64,000 bases of DNA from Tubulanus polymorphus (lineage: Eukaryota; Animalia; Nemertea), in contig NC_134032.1 in NCBI RefSeq assembly GCF_964204645.1, forward strand, positions 15,922,275 to 15,986,274, in the 5' to 3' direction. The position numbers and the translations under genes were made by a program. Below, in pieces: positions 36,438-49,295 of the stretch (position 1 is its first letter; every line of letters starts with the position of its first letter). The notes below the pieces were generated by a model. It did not search any database. It worked only from the letters and a program-made list of their open reading frames with translations, and had not been told where the DNA came from.

Positions 36438-39184
36438 CAATAGAGAGCTTCAATCGAAACCTAGTCTAATTCACGGTTAGACTACCAGGTGGCACTACTG
36501 TACCGAGTACCTGCATTTCAGAGTTTTATTTTTGTAACTTCAGAGTTTAAAAAAGAAAGAACAATTTCACGGTTTGTGGAATGAACGTGGAATAAATGTG
36601 GATATTCCACATGTGTATCTATTACACTGGAACTGAAAACCAATTCCTGGCAGCTGTATTTCACTATTACAGTAACAACAAGGGAATAGAATAACTAGGG
36701 GTGATTCAATATGTAGGGGTAGGCAGGAGTGGGAGGAAGGAGTGAGAGGCAGGAGTGGGAGGCAGGAGTGGGAGGCAGGAGGGGAATGAATGAGTGCGAA
36801 TTATGCGTACATTCTTATGAAGAGAGTTGAAGATGTGTCATCACTATCCGTGTGGTTTTTATCTGCGTTTTTAAAAAAAAGTTTTGAAATGATTTTAACC
36901 GCTGGGGTGACTAGTAAACCTGGCCAGGGGTGACTAGTAAACCTGGTCAAGGTTGACTAGTAAACCTGGCCAGGGTTGACTAGTAAACCTGGCCAGGGGT
37001 GACTAGTAAAACGTAACATTTTCTAGTTAAATTCTGATGTTGTTGGTGAACAAGTTCCTATTTGTAACGCTATGAGGCTGTTTTGAAATAATGAATAATA
37101 GAAACAAAATTCTGTGTGAACTTTTGACCTTTTTGTAAATAAACAAATAGTGTAGAAAAAACTCCTTATAGGAATAAAAACTGATTGAATTGATGTTGAT
37201 CACTGGTTAATGCTGACCAGCTGACCACTGGTTAACGCTGACCAGCTGATCACTGGTTAATGCTGAGCAGCTGACCACTGGTTAACGCTGACCAGCTGAC
37301 CACTGGTTAACGCTGACCAGCTGACCACTGGTTAATGCTGACCACTAGTTAACCAATCCGCTTTGTAGTTAGTTAAAGTACGGGTTATTCTTTACATCTC
37401 TTCCATTTTTGTGTTGGATCCGGGTCTCAGTCCGGTTCCACAGTTTGTTGTAAACCCGCTGGGCCCAGTTTTACACAAAGAGATGAACTTATTAGAAAGT
37501 TATTTGGGAGAAACTGGGCCCGGGTAGGCATCGGGAAGGGAAGGGAAGGGAGGGGAGGTTGAGGCAGATATCTCCTGTAGAGTAGAAGTTCTCATTGGCT
37601 CATAGACTGTTTATTCTAGTATACCTTTGTCTCCCCTCCCCTCCCCCTCTCCTCCCCCTCCCCCCTGTATTTGTATCAATAGCTTGTAGATTTTGAATTC
37701 GGTCTGGGATTTATCATTGTTGTTGTAATTGTAAAATATTTTTTGTTATTATCCGTTCTGAATTCTTTGATACATGTATTCTTCGTGTAGGCATTTATAT
37801 TTCATGTGTTTGTATTTTCCACTTTCTGAGAAATGTAAAAAAAAAAACGCTGAAACCGATTGTTGGGCACTTGTTGTGTCCCTGGACCCTTGTGAGGGCT
37901 GTTCCTGGAACCCTAAGGACATTTTATTGTGTCCGTGGATCCTTAGTTTGTGGTCTCCGTAGTTTTGAAATTTGTTAATTTACAAACTATAGTTGAAAAG
38001 GTTTTGCTAAAGTACCCGCCAGGTCGGCAGGTTCCTTTTCTCTTAATTTGTTTGTTTCGTATTTTTGTATTATTTCTATTAGGTTCGGTTCGTTGCATGG
38101 TAGTTATAAAACATAACATTGTAATTGTGTGATGAATTTTCGGTAAATCGGGGACCATTTATTTTCATCACTACTTCATTCGAGGAAATGAAACAAAACC
38201 AGAAGATGACGAAATAACGTCAATATATGCATAAAATGAATGATCCCTCGTGTCTTATTAATCTTGTAATTAGGGAGTAGTGAGTAATTATTATGTTCAC
38301 CGGGAATTCTGCGATGCTGCTCCGTTGAAGTTGACGTCAAAACATTTTAAGTATCGATATTTGGAAACCGTTTTATCGTTTGAAAAAACTGTTGATGACA
38401 GAGTAAATAAGAGCACATGGAACGTTGAACTCTGTGAACTAAACAGTAACATCGCGCATCTCCTGGGTCTCACTCGTAAATAGTATAATCTCTCTCATGC
38501 AGTTGTATTTTTACTAATTTGATGTTGTCAAATCATATCTACTATTATCGATCCATATGTATTATTTGCATAAATAGCCACACCTTCATTAATCTCATTT
38601 ACATAATCGCATATGCGACATATATTCTCATTTATATATTCTCATCATTTATTGGCTAGATATAATCAGAATTATGATGAAATTCGTTTTATGAAAACGA
38701 ATTGGGATTGAAGTAATTCAATACGTGAATAATTAATTAGTGAATTATAATAGAATTGTTAACTCCAACGCTTAAATATCTATTCATGCGTACAAAATAT
38801 TAATGAAAAAAATGTATTTTTTTATGACGTAAATAAAATAATGAAATACTTTTTGCCATGAATATTAATCGATCACATTAAATACATTAAAAGTTACGGT
38901 GCAAATAAATGGTTCGTATTCAAAATTATTTCTTTTTGTATCTTTTTTTTGAATCTTTTCATATCGCGTTGGATTTTCAGGCCCAGTTTCACAATTGTGC
39001 GCGGGTTTGTGACTGGTGGTATTTCCTCGGGAATTGCCACAGAATTTCAGTCAGAACCCGGGCCCACCTCCAGTCGCGTCAGATATAACTTTTTCCTCCT
39101 GACTGAATTAATGATAGTATAAGGAGGTCCTAAAAAGATCACAGAGAAAATAATACAGTCTTTAGAAAATACGAATACGCTGAT

Positions 39185-41375
39185 AAGAGGATGTAAAGGG
39201 GTGTCCCAGGTTCGAACCCAGTAATTACTGATACTGATTCAGAGTGGTCCTGATGCTGAATACAGGATGTACAGGGGTGTCCCAGGTTCGAACACAGTAA
39301 TTACTGATACTGATTCAGAGTAGTCCTGATACTGAATAGAGGATGTACAGGGGTGTCCCGGGTTCGAGCCCAGTAATTACTGATACTGATTCAGAGCGGT
39401 CCTGATGCTGAATAGAGGATGTACAGGGGTGTCCCGGGTTCGAGCCCAGTAATTACTGATACTGATTCAGAGCGGTCCTGATGCTGAATAGAGGATGTGC
39501 AGGGGGTGTCACGACCGTACGGTGCTGCCGCTATGCTCATCGTTAGCGGGATTTTCATACACTAACTAAAGTCAACTCTGGCAATCGACGTGCTCTCCAG
39601 TTATACTCCGTAACCCTTGCTTGCCAAAGTTGACTTACGTTAGTGTATGAAAATCCCGCTAACAATGAGCATAGCGACAGCACCTTACGGTAAAATGTTG
39701 TTATCTTAGTAACTTCTGATACTGATTCAGTGTGGTACTGATGCTAAATAGAGGATGTACAGGGGTGTCCCGGGTTCGAACCCAGTAATTACTGATACTG
39801 ATTCAGAGTAGTACTGATGCTGTATAGAGGATCTACAGAGTATCCCGGCCGTACGGTGCTGCCGCTATGCTCATCGTTAGCGGGATTCTCATACACTAAC
39901 TAAAGTCAACTCTGGCAATCGACGTGCTGTCCACTTATACTCCGTAACCCTTGCTTGCCAGAGTTGACTCACGTTAGTGTATGAAAATCCCGCTTACAAT
40001 GAGCATAGCGACAGCACCTTACGGTATTATGTTGATATCTTAACAAAAGTAATTACTGATGATGGATGTTGGTCAGTCCAGATGCTGAGTAGAGGATGCA
40101 TAGGTGCGTCCCGGGTTCGAACCTAGTAATTACTGACACTGATTCAGAGTGGTCCTGATGCTGAATAAAGGATGTACAGGGGTGTTCCGGGTTCAACCCA
40201 GTAATTACTGACACTGATTCAGAGTGAGTCCTGATGCTGAATAGAGGATGTACAGGGGTGTCCCGGGTTCAACCCAGTAATTACTGTTACTGATTCAGAG
40301 TAGTCCTGATGCCGAATAGAGGATGTACAGGGGTGTCCCGGGTTCGAACCTAGTAATTACTGATACTGATTCAGAGTGGTCCTGATGCTGAATACAGGAT
40401 GTACAGGGGTGTCCCGGGTTCGAGCCCAGTAATTACTGATACTGATTCAGAGTGTTCCTGATGCTGAATAGAGGATGTACAGGGGTGTCCCGGGTTCGAG
40501 CCCAGTAATTACTGATACTGATTCAGAGCGGTCCTGATGCTGAATAGAGGATGTGCAGGGGGTGTCACGACCGTACGGTGCTGCCGCTATGCTCATCGTT
40601 AGCGGGATTTTCATACACTAACTAAAGTCAACTCTGGCAATCGACGTGCTCTCCAGTTATACTCCGTAACCCTTGCTTGCCAAAGTTGACTTACGTTAGT
40701 GTATGAAAATCCCGCTAACAATGAGCATAGCGACAGCACCTTACGGTAAAATGTTGTTATCTTAGTAACTTCTGATACTGATTCAGTGTGGTACTGATGC
40801 TAAATAGAGGATGTACAGGGGTGTCCCGGGTTCGAACCCAGTAATTACTGATACTGATTCAGAGTAGTACTGATGCTGTATAGAGGATCTACAGAGTATC
40901 CCGGCCGTACGGTGCTGCCGCTATGCTCATCGTTAGCGGGATTTTCATACACTAACTAAAGTCAACTCTGGCAATCGACGTGCTGTCCACTTATACTCCG
41001 TAACCCTTGCTTGCCAGAGTTGACTCACGTTAGTGTATGAAAATCCCGCTTACAATGAGCATAGCGACAGCACCTTACGGTATTATGTTGATATCTTAAC
41101 AAAAGTAACTTACTGATGATGGATGCTGGTCAGTCCAGATGCTGAGTAGAGGATGCATAGGAGCGTCCCGGGTTCGAACCTAGTAATTACTGACACTGAT
41201 TCAGAGTGGTCCTGATGCTGAATAAAGGATGTACAGGGGTGTTCCGGGTTCAACCCAGTAATTACTGACACTGATTCAGAGTAGTCCTGATGCTGAAAAG
41301 AGGATGTACAGGGGTGTCCCCGGTTCGAACCCAGTAATTACTGACATTGATTCTGTGGTCATGATGCTGAATCTG
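39185..41375. repeat. 76-bp satellite containing GGTTCGAACCC, interrupted by four ~177-bp hairpin elements (39514-39691, 39849-40025, 40570-40747, 40905-41081); ~1,056-bp higher-order duplication
   Basis: Unit gaggatgtacaggggtgtcccgggttcgaacccagtaattactgatactgattcagagtggtcctgatgctgaata. Inserts have ~70-bp inverted arms ccgtacggtgctgccgctatgctcat... / ...atgagcatagcgacagcaccttacgg. Confidence 0.9.
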
Positions 41376-42603
41376 TGGAGCACGGCAGGGTCGAATACGA
41401 ATACACTACGAAATTTATAACAACCATTGCCGGAGCATAACAGTATTTACAATTATTTACAAAAATGGTCCGGTGATCGAGGTCGCCCGCTTTACAGGCG
41501 TGGGGCATAATCTATCGGACAGAGTAGATGGCGATTTGACAATTTATTTACAGGTAAGAGATTAGACCCAATCCTGAACTGGAATAAACAGGTCACTAAG
41601 TCGTCATCAAGACGATTTATATAGTTTTAGCAATCCTTCTTATATTGCTAAAAAAATTATTCCCGTCAAGTCCTGCCCCTGTACGAATCAGTAGCGGTTA
41701 ACATGTGAACTAACGTCGCAGTATAAAATTCTTACGGTGGCATGCGAGTTATAAGTTAGTTCACGGATTTGCCGTTTACGATATAGGGGCAGCACTTGAC
41801 GGTTCAAAATTTCTGAAATTGCCTTTTTAGATACAAAATTCAAGAATGAAAACTTATGAAGTTTAAATTTTCTGAAGGATTAGTCCTTTACACCCCAAAA
41901 CCCTGTATCAATTGCTGCGCCTTGCGGGCTTTATACTCAACCCACTTCTCGTTCCAATCCGACTTCTTAGACACCAGGCATCTCATGGCAATAAAATAAA
42001 CTGAACAGAAGTTTTCTAATAATTCTTAAAATGAATTTTTATTGAAATTGCCCAGCAATAAGAGTGAATATACCATGTACAGGTTTTAATATGACTTGTA
42101 CAGCGACCAGCGCTTTATTCTAAATAACAGGAAACACTTGCTGAAAAGTTGGTTAAAGATAACTTACTGGCGGATAAATACCAAAGTAACAACAAACGTT
42201 AGATTGTCACTATGTCAACTATCCACTGATTAACTGTAATCAAGAATAATTTTTAAAATGAATTTTTATTGAAATTGCCCAGCAATAAGCAATTAGAGTG
42301 AAAACACCATGTACAGGTTTTAATATGACTTGTACAGCGACCAGCGCTTTATTCTAAATATAACAGGAAACACTTGCTGAAAAGTTGGTTAAAGATAACT
42401 GGATATATATCAGAGTAACAATGATATTTCAATAGTCACTATGTCAACTATCCACTGGTTAACTGTAACCAACTTTTCAGCAACTGCAGCGCCCCATAAA
42501 ATGCAAATCCAGCCTCAGCTTTTTAATTAAAGAAAGGATAAAACTTTGGGACTTTAAATGCAAGGATTTTTTCATTATTTTTAACAATGTTTGGATTTTT
42601 CAA

Positions 42604-44689
42604 TCATATTGAGATTTCAGTTTTAAGTTGTGGCGACTCCATCTTTGTCCGCAGTTTCAAATACTGAAAAATAGAAACAACAGTGACAAACGAATATTTA
42701 GAATGAGAAGTTGGTTTTGACGACTGTTCACCGCTAGTATCAGTTTTAAACTGCTTACATTCTTACGACTGTCTATCGCCTGTTGAATCCACAGAATTTC
42801 CAGACACATTTTCTCTCTCAATGCTCTCAAAGCTTCTTTATCTCCGGCTTTAGACTCGATCTCATCATCGGATATGAACAATTTCGCTGCGTTTTCTCGA
42901 GATTCCGAACCATTGTTTCGTACAGGATCTACAAAATTAGAAATAATGATTACAAAAGAAATATTACAAGTTGAGCAAAAAGCTTATCTACATCGATTAA
43001 ATGAAATTGTAATTTGATGATGTCATAGGGGGATTCATTCCACCTACACGACATGTGCTACCAAAGAGTGATGCATTGTCTTGCACAGGGTCTAACCATC
43101 TTCACCCGTCAAGGGATTCACCCACTACGCTAAAGCTGTTCCCCGAACCCCTTGACCTCACGAGTCGTTGAAGTCGTTACTAGCCGACCAGAATCCGGTC
43201 GTACCAATCACAGCGCTTGTAACAAACCGACAGTAGACTTCTGTTGGTTTTCCCGTTAAATGGACCAATCAGCGAACGTTTTACCGAACAAGGAAGTATT
43301 TCGCAAATCGATATATGACGTCATGCGCAACAGCGCCAGTAATGAAATCACGCTTCGTGAGGCCAGGGGGCTGGTGGAAGCGAGTTCGGGAGTGTGATAT
43401 CGGACCCCTGGCAAGCGAGGATGGGTCTAACAAGATAATCACAAATTGAATTATTGACAGTATCTTAAGTTTAGCAAGCCTCGATTACTTCAATTACACG
43501 CCAATCGCAATTGATGATGTCATAGGGGGAATTACCGACGCAAGTCGATGATAATGATGTCATAGGGGGAAAATAATCAGCCATAATCAGCCATCTTCAG
43601 GTGACAGAAAAATAGTTACTTCATAAATATGTTGATTGTGATTCGCAGAGTTAGTTGGGTATAGGTACCTTCAGAGGGGTTAATGACACTGGATACCTCC
43701 CACAGTGAAGCATCCACCGTTAGATTCAGAGTTTCATCTTTAGCCGGAGAACTGGAAACAGTAACACGTCCGGCTCCGACTTGCTCCGACGGTGCGTCCC
43801 GAGTCGGCTCCTCTGCCGTTATTTCCAGTAAGGATTTGTTTCTCGTGATCGGTTTATCTCGGCGACAAGCCGCGAACGAGTCCACATTTCTGGACTCTTT
43901 TATTAAATTGTTATTCGCGATCAGTGAAGGAGTTGAGCTCCGTGGAGTTGGGGTCAGCTGGTTCCCTGGATCAGCTAAATATTCATCTCTCCTGCTGCTG
44001 AATCGCGGTCTGCAGGGTGTGTTAACTAGCCGGAACGTCACGATCGTCGATTTGGACTCGGTGTCCTTATTTTCCTGTTCGATCGTGTTGAATATATCTT
44101 CGTAAAGACTTCTCAATTTATCGAATTTGCGTTGAATCAAGAAACGTCGAACGACAGACTGAAATTACAACAACACCAGAAACATTCAATAAAACCAGAC
44201 CCGATATAACTCACTACCATACAACAGCGCCACCTTCTAGTATTGTATGAAACTACCCCACGCGTATTTCTGTAAGATACGTATTGCGTATAGCATCCAC
44301 TTGTCTCTGGTTCCCTCCCCTCACCCGGCCTCTAGTTCTAGTTCTACCTATTACTGGCCAACTTCATCATGTTGTAGATTTTTTCCAGGGACAGACTTTT
44401 GTTTTTAAATCAGTGAGTCAACCTCTCGGTTGTGAGTCAAACACCTTATCCACCATGCCACAAGAATGACAGGACAATGTCTGGAATTAGGCCAATCCAT
44501 CTCTAATCACAAAAACTTCAACTTTCTTGGGATTAATCTTTAAGTTTTTAAGGTCACCTTTCCACAGTGTGGCGCTAGTGTTATCAAAGAATAGTGCCAT
44601 GGTTAGGTTAGGCACATAATCATTAGCGCCTTGAAACTACAGTCACTCTAAATATTTACCTGAATCTTTATGATTTTCGCTTCTTCCAT
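42604..44689 (-). CDS. IQCC: IQ motif-containing protein C-like; exons 44689-44660, 44158-43669, 42928-42759, 42663-42604
   Basis: N-terminal IQ motif split by an intron (MEEAKIIKIQ|SVVRRFLIQRKFDKLRSLYEDIFNTIE). C-terminal LEILWIQQAIDSRKN|YLKL is typical of IQCC. Exon phases are consistent. Confidence 0.85.
43097..43423. mobile_element. hAT-like non-autonomous element with an exact 8-bp TSD, in an IQCC intron
   Basis: GGTCTAAC directly flanks both ends (43089-43096 and 43424-43431). Termini catctt.. / ..aggatg with degenerate subterminal inverted symmetry. Confidence 0.6.
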
Positions 44690-45134
44690 GTCTGACCGTC
44701 AAAGAATTCGATTCGCAAGCGTCCGCCATAACTCAATAATCCATTCCCAGCCGGTGCTGCCATCTATGAATTATCTACGAATTATGGAGATTTTTTCTCT
44801 CTCTTTTCTTATCTCTATGTCTCTTGTTTGTTTTAATTCCTTAAATGAATTGCCAAACCGATGCATTTGGTTTACATTAAAAACCAATTAAGTTAAAATT
44901 TGAATTTGCATTTGAGTAATCGAGTAGACCGTCTGGTGCTGTCACCTATCAGTAATCGAGTAGACCGGCCGGTGCTGCCACCTAGCAGGGGTTCATTTAT
45001 AGCCAGCACTAGGGTTATCGCTATCACACACAGTACTGCTTGAAACAAAGAGGCTGTAACGGCACTTTTATTGCGGAGTATATTGGGAGATTAGGAGATG
45101 CGGGTCTGATTGTAATCTGTGAAATATATTTCAG
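44690..45134. promoter_or_regulatory. Probable bidirectional promoter between IQCC and the C2H2 gene, plus a non-coding first exon ending at 45134
   Basis: Head-to-head genes. Strong donor cag|gtaagc at 45134. Tandem 35-bp duplication with a CTCF-like motif at 44915-44990. Confidence 0.5.
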
Positions 45135-45454
45135 GTAAGCAAAGATTTAGATTCTTCGTTCCATCGATCTAATTGATTTGATTGATTCCTGAAAAATTTT
45201 TAGGGAGGGCTGCTAAATTTTTAATTTGGGCCCTGCTGCCGTGCTGCGCTGGCCCCGTGACTGATCATCGGCTTTCACTTTACTGTAACCTGTAAGAGGA
45301 TATAGGGCTGTGTGTTTGTGTGTTGAGGAGCTCTCTTCAGTCACTCAGTACAAAGATCTACTTATGGGCTACCTGCCCAAGGGCGGCATGAGACAATAAG
45401 TGGGCTGGGTGGGCGTCTTCCTTTTGGCTGGGTGTGGGCTTCAGATATTGTGCT

Positions 45455-45915
45455 GGGCTGGGGCTGGGGCTGGCTATTTTGTGCTGGGCTGGGGCTGGGG
45501 CTGGGTATTTTGTGCTGGGCTAGACTGGGGCTGGGTATTTTGTGCTGGGCTGGGGCTGGGTATTTTGTGCCGGGCTGGGGCTGGGTATTTTGTGCTGGGC
45601 TGGGGCTGGGTATTTTGTGCCGGGCTGGGGCTGGGTATTTTGTGCTGGGCTGGGGCTGGGTATTTTGTGCCGGGCTGGGGCTGGGTATTTTGTGCCGGGC
45701 TGGGGCTGGGTATTTTGTGCCGGGCTGGGGCTGGGTATTTTGTGCCGGGCTGGGGCTGGGTATTTTGTGCCGGGCTGGGGCTGGGTATTTTGTGCCGGGC
45801 TGGGGCTGGGTATTTTGTGCCGGGCTGGGGCTGGGTATTTTGTGCCGGGCTGGGGCTGGGTATTTTGTGCCGGGCTGGGGCTGGGTATTTTGTGCCGGGC
45901 TGGGGCTGGGTATTT
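45455..45915. repeat. 25-bp G-rich minisatellite in the 5'-UTR intron of the C2H2 gene
   Basis: gggtattttgtgccgggctggggct, ~18 copies. Confidence 0.95.
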
Positions 45916-46010
45916 CGTGCTAATCAGTTAATGAACGCTAATTTACTTCTAGATCATACACGTAACTGTATTAGTGATTGGATGCTGGTTTAACAAGTGA
46001 AAGTGCCGCC

Positions 46011-49000
46011 ATGTTGTTATTGGATGGTGTTGGGTTACACGTCGTCGAGAGTGAATTAAAACAATGTATACAGCGCCACCTGGATTGGTTAGATGATATT
46101 GTATTAACGGTAGATGAATCGACGTGGTTACGTTGGAGTAAACAGAGACGCAGCAATGCCGCTAAATGTAAGTCATCCTCCCCTGCCAGAGGAAACTACA
46201 ATATTTAAATCAATTTCGATACAAATTCCGTTGATTTTGAATTTTTTTCGAGGTCTAATTTTATTTTTTATTTTTTTGTAAGAATTGTAATCAAACGCAG
46301 AATTTTAGGCTAAAAAAAAATTGATACCTTGTTTCTCCGCTCTGCTGAGCTTAAATGTTGACCCGGCCGGCCGCCTATCTGAACTGTTTATAAATTTTAT
46401 CATATTTTACAAAAATGACCCGGCCGCTGCGGAGAAACAAGGTATCATTTTTGTTTAGCCTTAGTGACTTCAAAATCGAGGGATAAATTATTGAAATTAT
46501 GAATAAGAAACTGAAGATGTTTTTTGTCAATAATTTCAGGTCAAATTCGACAACAATTCAACAATAGCGGCGTTGCCGGTGGCAACAAAAATCAAAAACA
46601 ATTAAACTGTAAGGCGGAATACAAGCACGAGAGGGCGCCACTGAATAGAGATTTCTACGAACAGGGGGCGCCACCGAATCGAGGTGTCGGTCAGAAACGG
46701 CGGTTAGAAATGAACCGAGCGAAACTCGTCGCTCAGAATGTTTTACGGGCAGTTAAACGACGCCGGCCGACGGGACCGAGCCCGGGGGCACGTCGCCCAT
46801 CAGCCCTCGTCGCGAGCCCGGGGGCGCGTTGTCCGGCGAACTCTGCAGTCAATAACGTTCAAATCCTTCACAATCCCAACAGACGACTTAATCAAACGGT
46901 TACCACGGCGATGTCGCGTACTCCGTCTCATATACGAGTTGTAGCTAATCACCATGACGACCGTAAATTAGACATTGTCACCGATAGAGCGGTGCCATCT
47001 GTGAACAATACCGAACATCACGCACCGTCGTCGTCAGTGAACTGTACGAATAATGGCGGCATAACAATTAAACAAGAGGAAGGTAATAGTTGTCATGACG
47101 ACAGTGTTGAGTGTCAGCAGCAGACGGATGGAGCGGCGTCCGAGTCGAGTAGTGGCGATAATGACTGTGATACAGCGCCACCTAGTGAAAACAAACCGAT
47201 ACCTCCGATTACTTACTTCAATGCGGTGAAACTAGAACCAGACGACACAGATTACTACACGATAAATGATGATGTCATCACCGATAATGATCAGCAACAA
47301 TACGGATTTACAATACCTGCGGGCAGCAGCGGTGTGGGCTCGGGCGGCGCGGGCTCGGGCGAGGAAAATGGACCAATACCTGGAACTAGTGCTCAAATAA
47401 CCGGTAAGATTCTTAACTATTCATATACTAACTAGAGTCCGGTTACTGGACCAAATCTGCAGTCCAGTTACTGGACTAAACCTGCAGTCCGGTTACTGGA
47501 CTAAATCTGCAGTCCGGTTACTGGACTAAATCTGCAGTCCAGTTACTGGAACAAACCATAGTCCGGTTACTGGACTAAACCTGCAGTCCGGTTACTGGAC
47601 TAAATCTGCAGTCCGGTTACTGGACTAAATCTGCAGTCCAGTTACTGGAACAAACCATAGTCCGGTTACTGGACTAAACCTGCAGTCCAGTTACTGGACT
47701 AAACCTGCAGTCCAGTTACTGGACTAAACCTGCAGTCCAGTTACTGGACTAAACCTGCAGTCCAGTTACTGGACTAAACCTGCAGTCCAGTTACTGGACT
47801 AAACCTGCAGTCCAGTTACTGGACTAAACCTGCAGTCCGGTTACTGGACTAAATCTGCAGTCCGGTTACTGGACTAAATCTGCAGTCCAGTTACTGGAAC
47901 AAACCATAGTCCAGTTACTGGACTAAACCAGCAGTCCAGTTACTGGACTAAACCTGCAGTCCTGTTACTGGACTAAACCATAGTCTGGTTACTGGACTAA
48001 GTCAGTTTGATCCTATTTTAAAATGATATTTGTTTCAGGAGAATGTTCTAAATGACAAATGAGTTATACTTATTGATTCTCCTAAAGTGTGCAAGAGTGA
48101 ACTGTAACTATTTTAAAGTGTTTTTTGGTTGACACTATTAAGTGTAGGGCTGTGTAGGCCTCTATATCATCAGCCTAAATTGAGGGCCTTCCCTCTGGGT
48201 CCGTGGCCCTATGAGGTTATATTGAGGGCCTTCACTCTGGGTCCGTGGCCCTATGAGGTTATATTGAGGGCCTTCACTCTGGGTCCGTGGCCCTATGAGG
48301 TTAAATTGAGGACTTTCACCCGGGGTCCGTGGCCCTATGAGGTTGAATTGAGGAAAACTGTGTACTACTGCAGAGTACTTATATATCTGTATCAGGTGCC
48401 TTTTTGTCTAAGGCTGTTTTTTTGTGCCATTCCGATCAGTGTAGATTATGTTACTATGAGCCCAGCAGAAAGGGCTGTTATCACTGAACATCAGGAATGC
48501 AGATAAATGGTGTTTTTCTTGTTAGAAAAGTGCCTTATTCCTATTGGTTGAATGGTCAGTTTTTACCCCAAGATTGGCCCATTTCAGGAGGTAGAAGATT
48601 TACTGCTTGCTGGTGCAATTTTCAAGCTCAATAAATGAAGTCCTGGTGCAAAGTGCTTTCTAGAAAATTCACAGCATTGAGATTTAGTTTCTCGGTAATA
48701 AAGATGAAATCCCGAAGAACCGTGTGATACCTTTTTGTGAAAGATTATCTAGTAAAAATGGTTTACCATAAAGTGTAAAAATAAAAAAGGAATCTGTGGT
48801 CTCCATGCTGCTGCATGTTGGGCTCATAAATATTCTACAGTTATAGGATCTAAAAGTAAAGCCCCGATACTGTGTAGTACTCGGAAGACAGGTAGCCTGT
48901 TCCAGTATCTCACAGTAAGCGTCTGCTGCTGCTTGTGTAGTTAGAACTGTTAAACATTGCCCTAGAACTATTCTCTCAATATCAGTTGAGTAGTAGTATA

Positions 49001-49196
49001 GCCTACTGGTGTGTTATACTGTATAGCTGTGCTGCCCTATAAACTACCAACAGACCCTGTATATATATATATGTGTGTAATGTGTATATGATTATACTTA
49101 GAATGACGCATTGCCCTAATTTAACTGTTAGCTATTATTATCAGGTCCCAGGAATACTCATTTCTAGGTAGCAGGCGGGCAGACACTGGCAAGCGT

Positions 49197-49295
<99 letters not shown>

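Noticed and set aside
39185-41375. CRISPR-like array or true tRNA gene cluster
   Set aside because: Eukaryotic context, no unique spacers and no cas genes. The units lack complete acceptor and anticodon stems.
45400-45993. Trp/Gly-rich membrane-like ORFs
   Set aside because: 25-bp tandem repeat open in all three frames.
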